Below, one piece after another: positions 52,459 through 64,000 of a stretch of DNA of 64,000 nucleotides. Every line of letters begins with the position of its first letter. Positions within the stretch are counted from its first letter, which is position 1. The DNA lies in the NCBI RefSeq assembly GCF_004010195.1, contig NC_057724.1, forward strand, positions 41,086,819-41,150,818, written 5' to 3'. The notes beneath the pieces were generated by a model that was given only the letters and a program-made list of their open reading frames with translations, was not told where the DNA came from and ran no database searches. The stretch comes from Chiloscyllium plagiosum. Its lineage: Eukaryota. The position numbers and the translations under genes are program-made.

Positions 52459-53954
52459 AGAATAAACCTCCAGCTACTGCACTGGAGGAAATTATTTCAG
52501 GAATGTGCTGAAACATTCTTGAAAATATTTCAAAAATATTCCTGCACTTTAGAATATTCCTGCATCATATACTTAGGTGCAATCTTCTAAACACCACCAG
52601 AAAAATCAAGCACTGGTCATCTTAAAGACAAGAGGTGGAATCTTGTGCCAGCAACAGGGATTCTCACCTATCACCTGTAGAGTTAGAGAAAGCCCTTTGT
52701 AATCTCATTTTAGGAAGGCCCACCATGTCAATGGTGTAGGTTTCTCTTGGATCAAGGACCACAGGGCAGGTATCCAGCCTAGCATGGAAACAAAGATTAC
52801 TGCCAGTATGAAGTTCACCCAATACCTGAGGATCATCACTGGGTAACAAGGTAAAAATGTCTGAAGGTGGCATGGAAGGGTTAGATAGATCAGGCTGGTG
52901 AGAAAATGGGGTCAGCACTAAGGTGTAAGTATTGTCCTCCTCCCTTGAATGAGTGAGGATCACATCACCAAATCCCCACCTTGCCCAAGGAGGCCATAAG
53001 CAACTCTATATGACTGTGCACCTTTCATTATGAGCACTCCCCAACTCATCATTACCTTGCAGTCATTAGTCTATACTTGCTGTTTCTCCTATTCACTTAT
53101 ACTCAGCACAGCATCTGAAACCTTGTTACCATCTGTCTCCATAAGGTCTACAGGTAGAATCTGAATGTTACTACCTAGTTGGGCAAGTGTGTAAAATGGC
53201 ACATATGAGGTGATTGGTTAGATAATTAATGATACATAGCTCATTTTCAACTCTTCAGGTTAAAAAGGGCATTAACAGTCAAAAATCCAGCTTGATTTGG
53301 CTCCACTCAACTCCACGACATGTTTCCGGAAATTGCACATTTTTCTGAGACATGGGAGAAAGAATCTGTGGAGCATAGAACACAAATTTGAAATGGGAGT
53401 CTTTCTTTTTCATTTGTAAAAGATAGAGAAAGTTGTCATACAGTTTTCTGTCCTTCAAAACCCATTTAAACCCCTCAAAACACATCTTAAATACCATAAA
53501 ACTATATTTAAACACCTTCAAGCTCCAGGCCCCTCAACCCCTTTATCCTGCCTTCATCGCTGCACTCCTTTCAATTGTTTTAAGCTCCTCTTTCCCCTTT
53601 CTATCCGCTTACCCCTTTAATCATCTCCATTCAACTCACCCCACCCCCCTGCTAACTCGGTCACTAACTACCTGCTATAAACACAACTCACAAATCTATA
53701 AAAACATCTGAAAATCTTTGACAAGCTCATGCAATCTGTGAAAATGAACAAACAGCACTTTATAGCTACTAAAAAATCCTCTTCAGACATTCATAGATCT
53801 GCCAAAGTAAACGAGCTGTCATTCTGCTAAATACCTGTGCAATAAAACTCTGTTGAGCAGAATCAGTTAGAGATTCTGAAGACAAACAAAAACATTAAAA
53901 TGGTCAAACAGATAGCTGTGTTAAACTTTAGGGAACCTATATTTTTCTAATCAA

Positions 53955-54047
53955 CCTGTTCAGAGATGTATTACACACCTCTGGAGCAGATGGGACTCGA
54001 ACCAGTGTCTCCTGGTCCAGGGGACACTACCACTGCATCACAAGAGG
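53955..54047 (-). mobile_element. Short tRNA-derived SINE-like element (related copy at ~5320-5398)
   Basis: Minus strand gtgatgcagtggtag (A box) and ggttcgagtcc (B box); no complete cloverleaf. Confidence 0.55.
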
Positions 54048-54415
54048 GACTCGAGGAAACAATGAAAGAATTCAGAACATTTTGCACAATCAGACCTGAT
54101 TTCAGATTGTACAAATTTGAAAGGTTCATACAATGCAGAATAGCACTTTATCCAGGAGACAATCTGCTCTAAAGTATCTGAAAACCTTTCTACTTTTACA
54201 ATGGTTTTCTTTCCCTTGACAGTTTGCCAGTTGTCAGCTATAAAAGTCCAGCCCTCACATTCCTTAATAGTCATATACTTTGTTAAAATTATCATTGACT
54301 GTATAAAGGTTATATTATGACATTTCATAACAACCAGTGGACAAGCCTTTTATACTGGACTAGTGGTGCTGGAAGAGCACAGCAGTTCAGGCAGCATCCA
54401 AGGAGCTTCGAAATC

Positions 54416-54443
54416 GACGTTTCGGGCAAAAGCCCTTCATCAG
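54416..54443 (-). ncRNA. Minimal hammerhead motif, core intact (family 1), at the 3' end of a young Penelope copy
   Basis: CTGATGA-A-GGGC-TTTT-GCCC-GAAA-CGTC. Confidence 0.8.
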
Positions 54444-54782
54444 GAATAAAGGCAGTGAGCCTGGAGCATGGAGAGATAAGCTAGAGGAGGGTGGGGGTGG
54501 GAGAAAGTAGCATGGAGTATAATGGGTGAGTGGGGGAGGGGATGAAGATGATAGGTCAGGGAGGAGAGGGTGGAGTGGATAGGTGGAAAAGAACATAGGC
54601 AGGTAGGACAAGTCTGGACAAGTCATGGTGACAGTGCTGAGCTGGAAGTTTAGAACTAGGGTGATGTGGGGGAAGGGGAAATGAGGAAACTGTTGAAGTC
54701 CACATTGATGCCCTGGGGTTGAAGTGTTCCGAGGCGGAAGATGAGGCGTTCTTCCTCCAGGCATCTGGTGGTGAGAGAGCGG

Positions 54783-54899
54783 NNNNNNNNNNNNNNNNNN
54801 NNNNNNNNNNNNNNNNNNNNNNNNNNNNNNNNNNNNNNNNNNNNNNNNNNNNNNNNNNNNNNNNNNNNNNNNNNNNNNNNNNNNNNNNNNNNNNNNNNN
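54783..54899. other. Assembly gap (117 N)
   Basis: Run of n inside the Penelope copy. Confidence 1.
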
Positions 54900-57506
54900 G
54901 GGAGCGGTCTTTGCGGAAGGCGGAGAGGGGTGGGGATGGAAATATATCCCTGGTGGTGGGGTCTGTTTGGAGGTGGCGGGAATGTCGGCGGATGATTTGG
55001 TTTATGCGAAGGTTGGTAGGGTGGAAAGTTAGCACCAGGGGCGTTCTGTCCTTGTTGTGGTTGGAGGGGTTGGGTCTGAGGGCGGAGGTGCGGGATGTGG
55101 ACGAGATGCGTTGGAGGGCATCTTTGACCACGTGGGAAGGGAAATTGCGGTCTCTAACGAAGGAGGCCATCTGGTGTGTTCTATGGTGGAACCGCTCCTC
55201 TTGGGAGCAGATACGGCGGAGGCGGAGGAATTGGGAATACGGGATGGCATTTTTGCAGGAGGTAGGGTGGGAAGAGGTGTAATCCAGGTAGCTGTGGGAG
55301 TCGGTGGGTTTGTAGAAGATGTCAGTGTCAAGTCGGTCGTCATTAATGGAGATGGAGAGGTCCAGGAAGGGCAGGGAGGTGTCAGAGATGGTCCAGGTAA
55401 ATTTAAGGTCGGGATGGAATGTGTTGGTGAAGTTGATGAATTGCTCAACCTCCTCGCGGGAGCACGAGGTGGCGCCAATGCAGTCATCAATGTAGCGGAG
55501 GAAGAGGTGGGGAGTGGTGCCTTTTATACTTTCAGAGGATCACTTTCTCCAAACCAATATTTATCAAGTGCTTCAACCACCAAATCCCACCTTTTTCCAT
55601 TAAAATTGTAGAAGCTTGGAAGTGTCAATGTAAAAAGAATAAAAATAGCTGGCATAAGAAAATGGAAAACTCCGATCCAGATCTCGCTGCTATTTTAAAA
55701 TCTAACACAGAACATTTTGGACCTGCATCGGAATAGGGGATCCCAGCTCCAAATTTTCATTCAAATCTAAATTGCCAGAATAAAAAGCCATAGCACTTTC
55801 AAATTCAAAGCCGTAATTTTGACTGATTCTGTTGCCTTGAGCTGATTAGGCTAACCTGGGCCATGATCACAACTTGGACCACAACAAAATAGAATACAGA
55901 AGTACAGAGTACTAAATTATGTAATCCATTACAGTTCCTGTCAAATTGCTGTCTACAGAAATGCAACACGAAGGGAGATGAATAATTGATGTCAAACATT
56001 CTTCCCAAGTTCCATCTAATTTTTAAAGAAGAACTTAAGCAGAAATCTGCATAGTCCCTACGAGAGCATAAGACTTTCAAACATGAATTATACTTTGAAA
56101 TGTTGGGACCTGGGGATTGAACACTGTAACAAGTAGTGAAAATTGCAAGTCAGCATAATCCCAGAGGACCGTAGGGTTATTCTCTCATTAGAAGATGATG
56201 ACTAGTGCTGACTTTAACCTGAGGGTCACCATACCTCAGGTGAGGGGTGAGATTTAGAAGCAGGGTCTTTGCAGTGATCTCAGCTGGCATAGGAATTGGA
56301 CCTCTGTTTGTTTCAACACTCTATGTCACTAACCAGCCATCCAACCAACAGAGCAATGCCAGTTGCTAGGTGCATTACCATATTGACACATTGTGATTAT
56401 GTGGGGGGTGATATTCATATTTTTGATATCATAATTTAATAATATTAACCAGAGATCTCACTTGAGCAGTGGGCACATGACAAGAAACTTGCAATGTATG
56501 TGACCAGAGTAATTAACTAACAGCACGTGCAGCTGATTTCCTCTTGCATGTAGGTTATGGACAGACTAGTACTAACTGCTGACAATAGTCTTTCCCACTC
56601 ACCAAAAAGGACTATGTTAATTACCTGAAATGACTGGGTGTCAGAAAGTGATATTTTTGAAAAATCTGTAAATCAATACCATTAGAGATCCACACAAATA
56701 CTTTCTGCTGTTAAGTTGTTGCTGCTGTTGCTTGGCAAACTGAACTCTATCAAGCAGTAGCTGAATGGCAAGTATCTGACCCTAACTGATACTTCCTCTT
56801 GGTACAATATCCTTACAAAATAAATATGAAGCCACTGATTCCAAAATTGTCACTGACATCATCTTCTTTGGAGATCTTCCCGCCGTGGCCTTTAAATTTG
56901 TAGCCCCCATCTTCAAAAAGCCTATTTCTACCTCCCTCCCAGGGAGCACAATGAGATTGCCCTGGCAGATGCAATATTTCAGCTGTTCTTGCACATGTGA
57001 ACTGATATATTTCTGTTTAATTCTATATATATCCCTTCTATACCCTATTCCGTCCTGTATTTAGGACTCATTGATATTTTAACAGTTTAACAGTTTGACT
57101 TGACAAAGCAAGTATACAAATCAGTAAAGATTAATGGTAGGTCAGAGAATTTGGCAGATTTTAAGAACCAGCAAATAATGACTAAGAATATAATGAAGAT
57201 ACAAAAAGAAAGGTATGAGAGAAAGCCTACTAATAATACAAAAACACAGAGTAAGAGATTATACAAATATTTGAATAGGAGATGAGCAACTAAAGCTCGT
57301 GTTGTTTTTCTAAAGATCTAATCTAAGGCATTGATAATGGAAAATAAAGAAATGGTGGAAGTGTTAACAAGTATTTTGACAAAAGGCAGTGAAAATTTCC
57401 CAAAGGTAATTGAAAATCAAGAGGTGATAGTGCAGGATGAGCTTAAGACAATCACCATTGCCAGGGAAAAGGCATTAGGGAAACCTGTGGACTTAAAGGC
57501 TGACAA

Positions 57507-60500
57507 GTCATAGAGTCATAGAGATGTACAGCATGGAAACAGACCCATCAGTCCAAACCGTCCATGCCACCAGATATCCCAACCCAATCTAGTCCCATCT
57601 GCCAGCAGCTGGCCCATAACATTCTAAACCCTTACTATTCATAGACAAATACCTTTTAAATGTTGCTATTGTACCAGCCTCCACCACTTCCTCTGGCAGC
57701 TCATTCCATACACGTACCACCATCTGTGTGAAACAGTTTACCCTTAGGACTCTTTTATATCTTTTCCCTCTCACCCAAAACCTATGTCCTCTAGTTCTGG
57801 ACTCCCCCACCTTAGGGAAAATATTTTGTCTACTTATCCTACCCATGCCCCTCATAATTTTATAAACCTCCATAAGGTCACCCCTCAGCCGCCTCTGCTC
57901 CAGGGAAAACAGCCCCAGCCTGTTCAGCTTCTCCCTATAGCTCAAATCCTCCAACCCTGGCAACATCCTTATAAATCTTTTCTGAACCCTTTCAAGTTTC
58001 ACAACATCTTTCTGATAAGAAGGAGACCAGAATTGCATGCAATATTCCAACAGTGGACAAACCAATGTCCTGTACAGCCGCAACATGACCTCCCAACCCC
58101 TATACTCAATACTCTGATCAATAAAGGAAAGCATACCAAACTATCCTATCTACCTGTGACTCCACTCTCAAGGAGCTATGAACCTGCACTCCAAGGTCGC
58201 TTTGTTCAGCAACACTCCCTACAAACTTACCATTAAGTGTATAACTCTTGCTAAGATTTGCTTGCCCAAAATCTGAATTAAACTCCATCTGCCACTTCTC
58301 AGCTCATTGCCCATCTGATCAAGATCCTGTTGTAATCTGAGGTAACCTTCTTCGCTGTCCATCACACCTCCAATTTTGGTGTCATCTGCAAACTTACTAA
58401 CTATACCTCTTATGTTCACATCCAAATCATTTGTATAAATGACGAAAAGTCGTGAACCCTGCACTAATCCTTGTGGCACACCACTGGTCACAGGCCTCCA
58501 GTCTGAAAAACAACCTTCCACCACCACCCTTTGTCTTCTACCTTTGAGCCAGTTCTGTATCCAAATGGTTAGTTCTCCTGTATTTCATGAGATCTAACCT
58601 TGCCCACCAGTCTCCCATGGGGAACCTTGTCAAACGCCTTACTGAAGTCCATATAGACCACTGCTCTGCCCTCATCAATCCTCTTTATTACTTCTTCAAA
58701 AGACTCAATCAAGTTTGTGAGACATGATTTCCCATGCACAAAGCCATGTTGACTATCCCTAATCATTCCTTGCCTTTCCAAATACATGTATATCCTGTCC
58801 CTCAGGATTCCCTCCAACAACTTGCCCACCACCAACGTCAGGCTCACTGCTCTGTAGTTCCCTGGCTTGTCCTTACCACCCTTCTTGAACAGTGGCACTA
58901 CATTGACCAACCTCCAGTCTTCTAGCACCTCACCTGTGACTATTGATGATACAAATATCTCAGCAAGAGGCCCATCAATCACTTCTCTAGCTTCCCACAG
59001 AGTTCTAGGGTACACCTGATCAGGTCCTGGGGATGTATCCACCTTTATGCATTTCAAGACATCCAGCACTTTCCCCTCTGTAATATGGACATTTTAAAGA
59101 TGTCGCCATCTATTTTCCTACATTCTATATCTTCCATGTCCTTTTCCACAGTAAATACTGATGCAAAATACTCGTTTAGTATCTCCTCCATTTTCTGTGG
59201 CTCCACATAAAGGCCGCCTTGCTGATCTTTGAGGGGTTGGGGAGAAAGTGAGGAGATGTCACCATCTATTTCCCTACAGTCTATATCTTTCATATCCTTT
59301 TCCACAGAAAATACTGATGCAAAATATTCATTTAGTGTGGCTCCACACTCTCTACGGAAAGCTGATCTTTGAGGGGCCCTATTCTCTCCTTAGTTACCCT
59401 TTTGTCCATAATGTATTTGTAAAAACCCTTTGGATTCTCCTTAATTCTATTTGCCAAAGCTATCTCATGTCCCCTTTTCGCCCTCATGATTTTCCTCTTA
59501 AGTATACTCCTACTTCCTTTGTACTCTTTGAAGGATTCACTCGATCTATCCTGTCTATACTTGACATATGCTTCCTTCTTTTTCTTAACCAAACCCTCAA
59601 TTTCTTTAGTCATTCCCTATACCTACCAGCCTTTTCTTTCACCGTAACAGGAATATACTTTCTCTGGATTCTCGTTATCTCATTTCTGAAGGCTTCCCAT
59701 TTTCCAGCCGTCCCTTTACCTGCGAACATCTGTCCCCAATCAGCTTTTGAAAGTTCTTGCCTAATACTGTCAAAATTGGCCTTTCTCCAATTTAGAACTT
59801 CAACTTTTAGATCTGGTCTATCCTTTTCCATCACTATTTTAAATCTAATAGAATTATGGTCACTAGCTCCAAAGTGCTCCCCCACTGACACCTCAGTCTA
59901 TTTTTGGAAAGCTAAAATCCCCGACCATAACCACCCTATTATTCTTACAGATAGTGGAAATCTCCTTACAAATTTGTTTCTCAATTTCCCTCTGACTATT
60001 AGGGGGCCTATAATACAATCCCAATAAGGTGATCATCCCTTTCTTATTTCTCAGTTCCACCCAAATAACTTCCCTGGATGTATTTCTGGGAATATCCTCC
60101 CTTAGCACAGCTGTAATGCTATCCCTTATCAAAAATGCCACTCCCCCTCCTCTCTTGCCTCCCTTTCTATCCTTCCTGTAGCATTTGTATCCTGGAATAT
60201 TAAGCTGCCAGTCCTGCCCATCCCTGAGCCATGTTTCTGTAATTGCTATGATATCCCAGTCCCAAGTTTCTAACCATGCCCTGAGTTCATCTATCTTCCC
60301 TGTTAGGCCCCTTGCATTGAAATAAATGCAGTTTATTTATTAGTCCTACCTTGTCCCTGCCTGCCCTGACTGTTTGATTTTCTTTTATTCTCAACTGTAC
60401 CAGTCTCAGATTGATCTCTTTCCTCACTATCTCCCTGGGTCTCACCCCCCCCTCAACCTTACTAGTTTAAATCCTCCCAAGCAGCTCTAGCTAATTTCCC

Positions 60501-61850
60501 TGCCCGTATATTAGTCCCCTTTCTAATTGAGGTGCAATCCGTGCTTCTTGCACAGGTCACCTCTACCCCAAAAAAGATTCCAGTGATCCAAAAATGTGAA
60601 TCCTTCTCCCATACACTAGCTCCTCAGCCATGCATTCATCTGCTCTATCATCCTATTCCTGCCCTCACTAGCTCGTAGCACCGGGAGTAATTCAGATAAT
60701 ACTACTCTCAAGGTCCTCCTTTTTAAATTTCTGCCTAACTCTCTGTAATCTCCCTTCAGAACCTCAACCTTTTCCCTTCCTATGTCATTGATTCCAATGT
60801 GGACAATGACCTCTTGCTGGCCCCTCTCCCCCTTGAGAAAATTCTGCACCCTCTCTGGGACATCCTTGATCTTTGCAACACACCATTCTGATTTTTCGCT
60901 GCTGGCCACAGAAATATCTGTCTGTACCTCGGACTAGAGAATCCTCTAACACAATTAATCTCTTGGAGCCCGATGTACCCCTCATTGCATTTGAACCAGT
61001 CTCAGCACCAGAAACTTGGCTGTTCGTGCTACGTTCCCCTGTGAATCGAACACCCCCTACATTTTCCAGAACAGCATACCTCTTTGAAATGGGGATAGCC
61101 ACAGAAGACTCCTGTACTAACTGCCTATCTCTCTTACCTTTCCTGGAGTTAACCCATCTTTGTGACTGTATCTATGACTTTTCCCCCTTCCTATAACTGC
61201 CATCCGTCACATACTGTTGCTGTTGCAAATTCCTCATCGCCTCTAACTGTCTCTCCAACTGATCCATTTGATCTGATAGGATTTGCAATCAACAGCATTT
61301 ATTGCAGATATAATCCACAGTAACCCGTAAACTCTCCTTAAACTCTCACATCTGACAAGAAGCGCATAAGCCTCCACTAAAGACCATTTTTCTCCTTCAC
61401 AATCTATAGATCCAGAAAATAACACCACCTTATTCCTCTATAAAACACTGCTCAGGTTAAATTAATAGTTATGGCTTATATTTTAAGTTTAATCAAGAGA
61501 CATATCTCAAGAAACATATAATCAAGAAAGAACCCACTCTACTCATTACTGCAGACTTTCTGTAGGCCAGAAAACTATTCACTTATCTGTTTCTGTGCTG
61601 TGACGACACCCAAACAGTTCCTCCAAGATCAGTTGTGAATTTTGCTGTTTGTTAATTTTCCCAGATACACTCAAATGTCCAGTGATACATGAATTCAAAC
61701 AGCAATGGTAGTAAGTGTGCAGGTTCACTGTGGTGTCAGTTTCTTTCTTTCTCTCTCTCTGTCTCTCTCTTTCCTGCACTGACCTCACCAGGTGCTTCAT
61801 TTCTCTGTACCTCTCCCTTTTTAAAACTGCTGTTGTTTTGACTATTTTCC
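57507..61850 (-). mobile_element. Near full-length CR1 (HER1-like) LINE: 5'UTR, ORF1 with SGNH-esterase domain, ORF2 APE+RT; frameshifted
   Basis: ORF1 IVLEDSLVRGTDR.FC, VIVHIG.NDIG, NAWL; ORF2 YFNARG, GLYYRPP, GDF.FP.ID, SDHN, SPGPD..YPR.L, QHGF..GKSCLTNL, SGVPQG, SKFADD; (CTATGA) tail. Confidence 0.95.
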
Positions 61851-63049
61851 CCAGAACTGAATGGCCAGTATTCTTAGGTTTTAAAAGAAGTTACACGCCA
61901 AATAAAAGATGTGAACGGTACAATCTTCCTGTTGTATTGTCGCATAGCATGTGCAAAATACTTATTATGTACATGTATATGATGTCATCACTGTACAATG
62001 ACATGTGACCTAATGGTATGAAACTCTCAGGCTCCAGTTTACAGAGCTTCATGTTCTGGCAACATTTCAAACTGAAGGACGGGTGCAACTCTATATTGCT
62101 CAGATTTGAGCCCAGACATGAAAGTGCCTGAGACTGTAATCTGCATATTTAGATACCAGTTACTATAATAAAAGCTCATTGAATTTCTCAGCATTACATG
62201 ATTCCTGTCTTGTGCATAAAATTGTCATACCATGCCATCTGTATAGGCTTTCAGCTGTTAAACAACAGGTCTTCACTACCCTGAATACAGGTCCAGTCAG
62301 ATTCACTACTTTCCTCCAACTTGTAGAAATCATTCTCACATTGAGCAACTTCTTCTGCCACGCCACTTATTTCCTGCAAATAAAATTTGTTGCTATATTT
62401 ACCCACATTATTTTGTTTAATTTCAATCCTTCTGAAGCTCCCTTTTCTCACTTCTTTTTGCAAGACATTGCTGACTCTATTCATGATATTACCTACTCCT
62501 GATCTGAACTGGAAATTTCATTGAAATTTTGAAACAAAGCCTTTGCATTTGAATGATTTATCTACAACTCTTCCTTTTCCTTCCTTGAATTGTCAGTCTC
62601 TACGCTATTTTTTAACTGCTATTCACTGCAAGCGAAGTTAATCCAATAAAAATCATGATTACACTTCTTCACACTCTACTTCTTGTTAAGACACTACTCA
62701 ATTCTCCCACTTCTCCACCTCTATTGGGAGAAGTAGGTGCATCTGTAGAAAGTACCTGAACTTTGAGTAAATTTCACGCAGTGTTTTTGTTGATGGATGA
62801 ACTACAGACACCAAAATGTGTTAATGAAGGGCAAGTTACCTGAATTCTTTGCACCAGAGAGCAGTCACGTCACTTAGGACAGGTCTTCTGATTTGTGGTC
62901 AACAATCAGAAATGGAAGGACGTATCTGCAAGTGAGACGGTTAAGGTAATCCAGCGGGTGTGAATGCTAGTCTCCGTAATTGCCCAATAGCTCAGAGGTT
63001 CGCTCAGCCTGTTTGGATGTGAGCAGGGGCTGCAGGGTGGATGATCAAA

Positions 63050-64000
63050 CTGACCATGCACTATGGACAGAACGCAATTCAAATGGAAAGAACCACAGGA
63101 ACATAATAGTAGTAGGGAATAGCAAAGTGAGGGAAATGGATATCATTCTCTGCAATGAGTGAGAGTCCAGACAACCATGTTGTTTGGTTCAAGACATCGG
63201 CCCAGGTTTGGAAAGGAATTGGCAGTGAGAGGGAGAAGATCCAGTTATTGTGGCCCATGTAGTGATACAGGTAGAATTAAAAAACAAAGCGTATGAGGAG
63301 CTAAGCATTAAACTAAAAAGCAATTCCTCACAAAGTTATGTTCTCCAGATTGACATAGGATGCATACGATTAGAGAGCGATAAATACATGGCACAAAGAC
63401 TAGGGTTGAAGTGATTTCTAGTTTGTGAACCACTGTTACTATACCAGGTAAATTGGGCTTATACCATTGGAACGGTCTACATCAGTGTTCTTGCAAACCA
63501 CACAACTATGGAAATAGAGAAGTTTCAAACTAAACTTAGCAGGCAATCGATCAAATCTGAAAAGACATAATATATCAAAGAGTGAAGCTAAGGTAAGAGA
63601 GAAAACAATATTATTATGGGAAATGAAGGTCATAAAATGGCAGAAAGGGTCAAAGAGAAAAAAAAGATGACACCAACAATAAAAACTACATGTTATAAAA
63701 ATAACAAAGTGATAAAACTAAAAGCTCTATATCTGAATGCACAGAGCTATAATGAAGTAATTGTACTAGTACTTAGGTAAATGAGTTGATAGCACACGTT
63801 GGCCAAATAAATACAATCTGATACCAAAAGATGCCAAAGAGTAGGTTTCTGAACATTGAGAGGTATATGATATTCAAGAAGATTTGAAAACTTGGTAACA
63901 ATATGGGGGTGGGTAAGGACCATTAATCATGGATGGTATTTGTGCAATAGTTAGAAATGACATTGGTTCAGAAGTTCAGGATGTAGTGGTGATAAAGAAA
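63050..64000 (+). mobile_element. Ancient CR1 ORF1/ORF2-start remnant
   Basis: IVVGNSKVR.MD.ILC; LKALYLNA.S; LNIE.Y.IFKK patterns. Confidence 0.6.

Larger units (their letters stand above)
54357..55518 (-). mobile_element. Young 5'-truncated Penelope-like element (RT YIDD, thumb, GIY-YIG end, terminus)
   Basis: Open frame TTPHLFLRYIDDCIG...FHPDLKFT...LPFLDLSI...TDIFYKPTDSHSYLDYTSSHP...CKNAIPYSQFLRLRRICS up to the gap; perfect 12-bp TSD gccttttatact (54345-54356, 55519-55530). Confidence 0.95.

Noticed and set aside
59248-60027. 259-aa plus-strand ORF
   Set aside because: Antisense shadow of CR1 ORF2; the same applies to antisense ORFs over the Penelope copies.
1-64000. Prokaryotic systems (CRISPR arrays, operons, defence islands)
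   Set aside because: Sequence is vertebrate intron; no repeat-spacer arrays or gene-dense segments.

Overview
Eukaryotic, transposon-rich intronic DNA from a cartilaginous fish. The shark assignment is inferred from HE1-type SINEs, HER1/CR1 LINEs and shark-type Penelope elements. The only host gene I can support is neuroligin-3 on the minus strand. Its first coding exon is at 40246-39754, with a probable 5'UTR back to a splice acceptor at 40507, and its 60-nt alternatively spliced A1 cassette exon is at 33137-33078. I found no A2 exon or later exons in the window. Nearly all other ORFs in the track are decayed CR1/L2/Penelope reading frames or chance ORFs. The most interesting hidden signal is about ten minimal hammerhead-ribozyme motifs (CUGANGA-N-stem II-GAAA-palindromic stem III) from four sequence families. 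They are carried by Penelope-like termini that also occur as 105-175 bp TSD-flanked mini-inserts and as inverted hairpins, and several intact ones lie in the NLGN3 sense orientation. Hammerheads in Penelope termini are a known phenomenon, so the novelty is in local detail. Also notable: a four-uORF chain ending in a TAATG stop/start overlap on the NLGN3 ATG, UG-repeat and Rbfox motifs flanking exon A1, and a LINE that seems to begin with a tRNA-like head. Repeat boundaries were read by eye and are approximate unless defined by a TSD.
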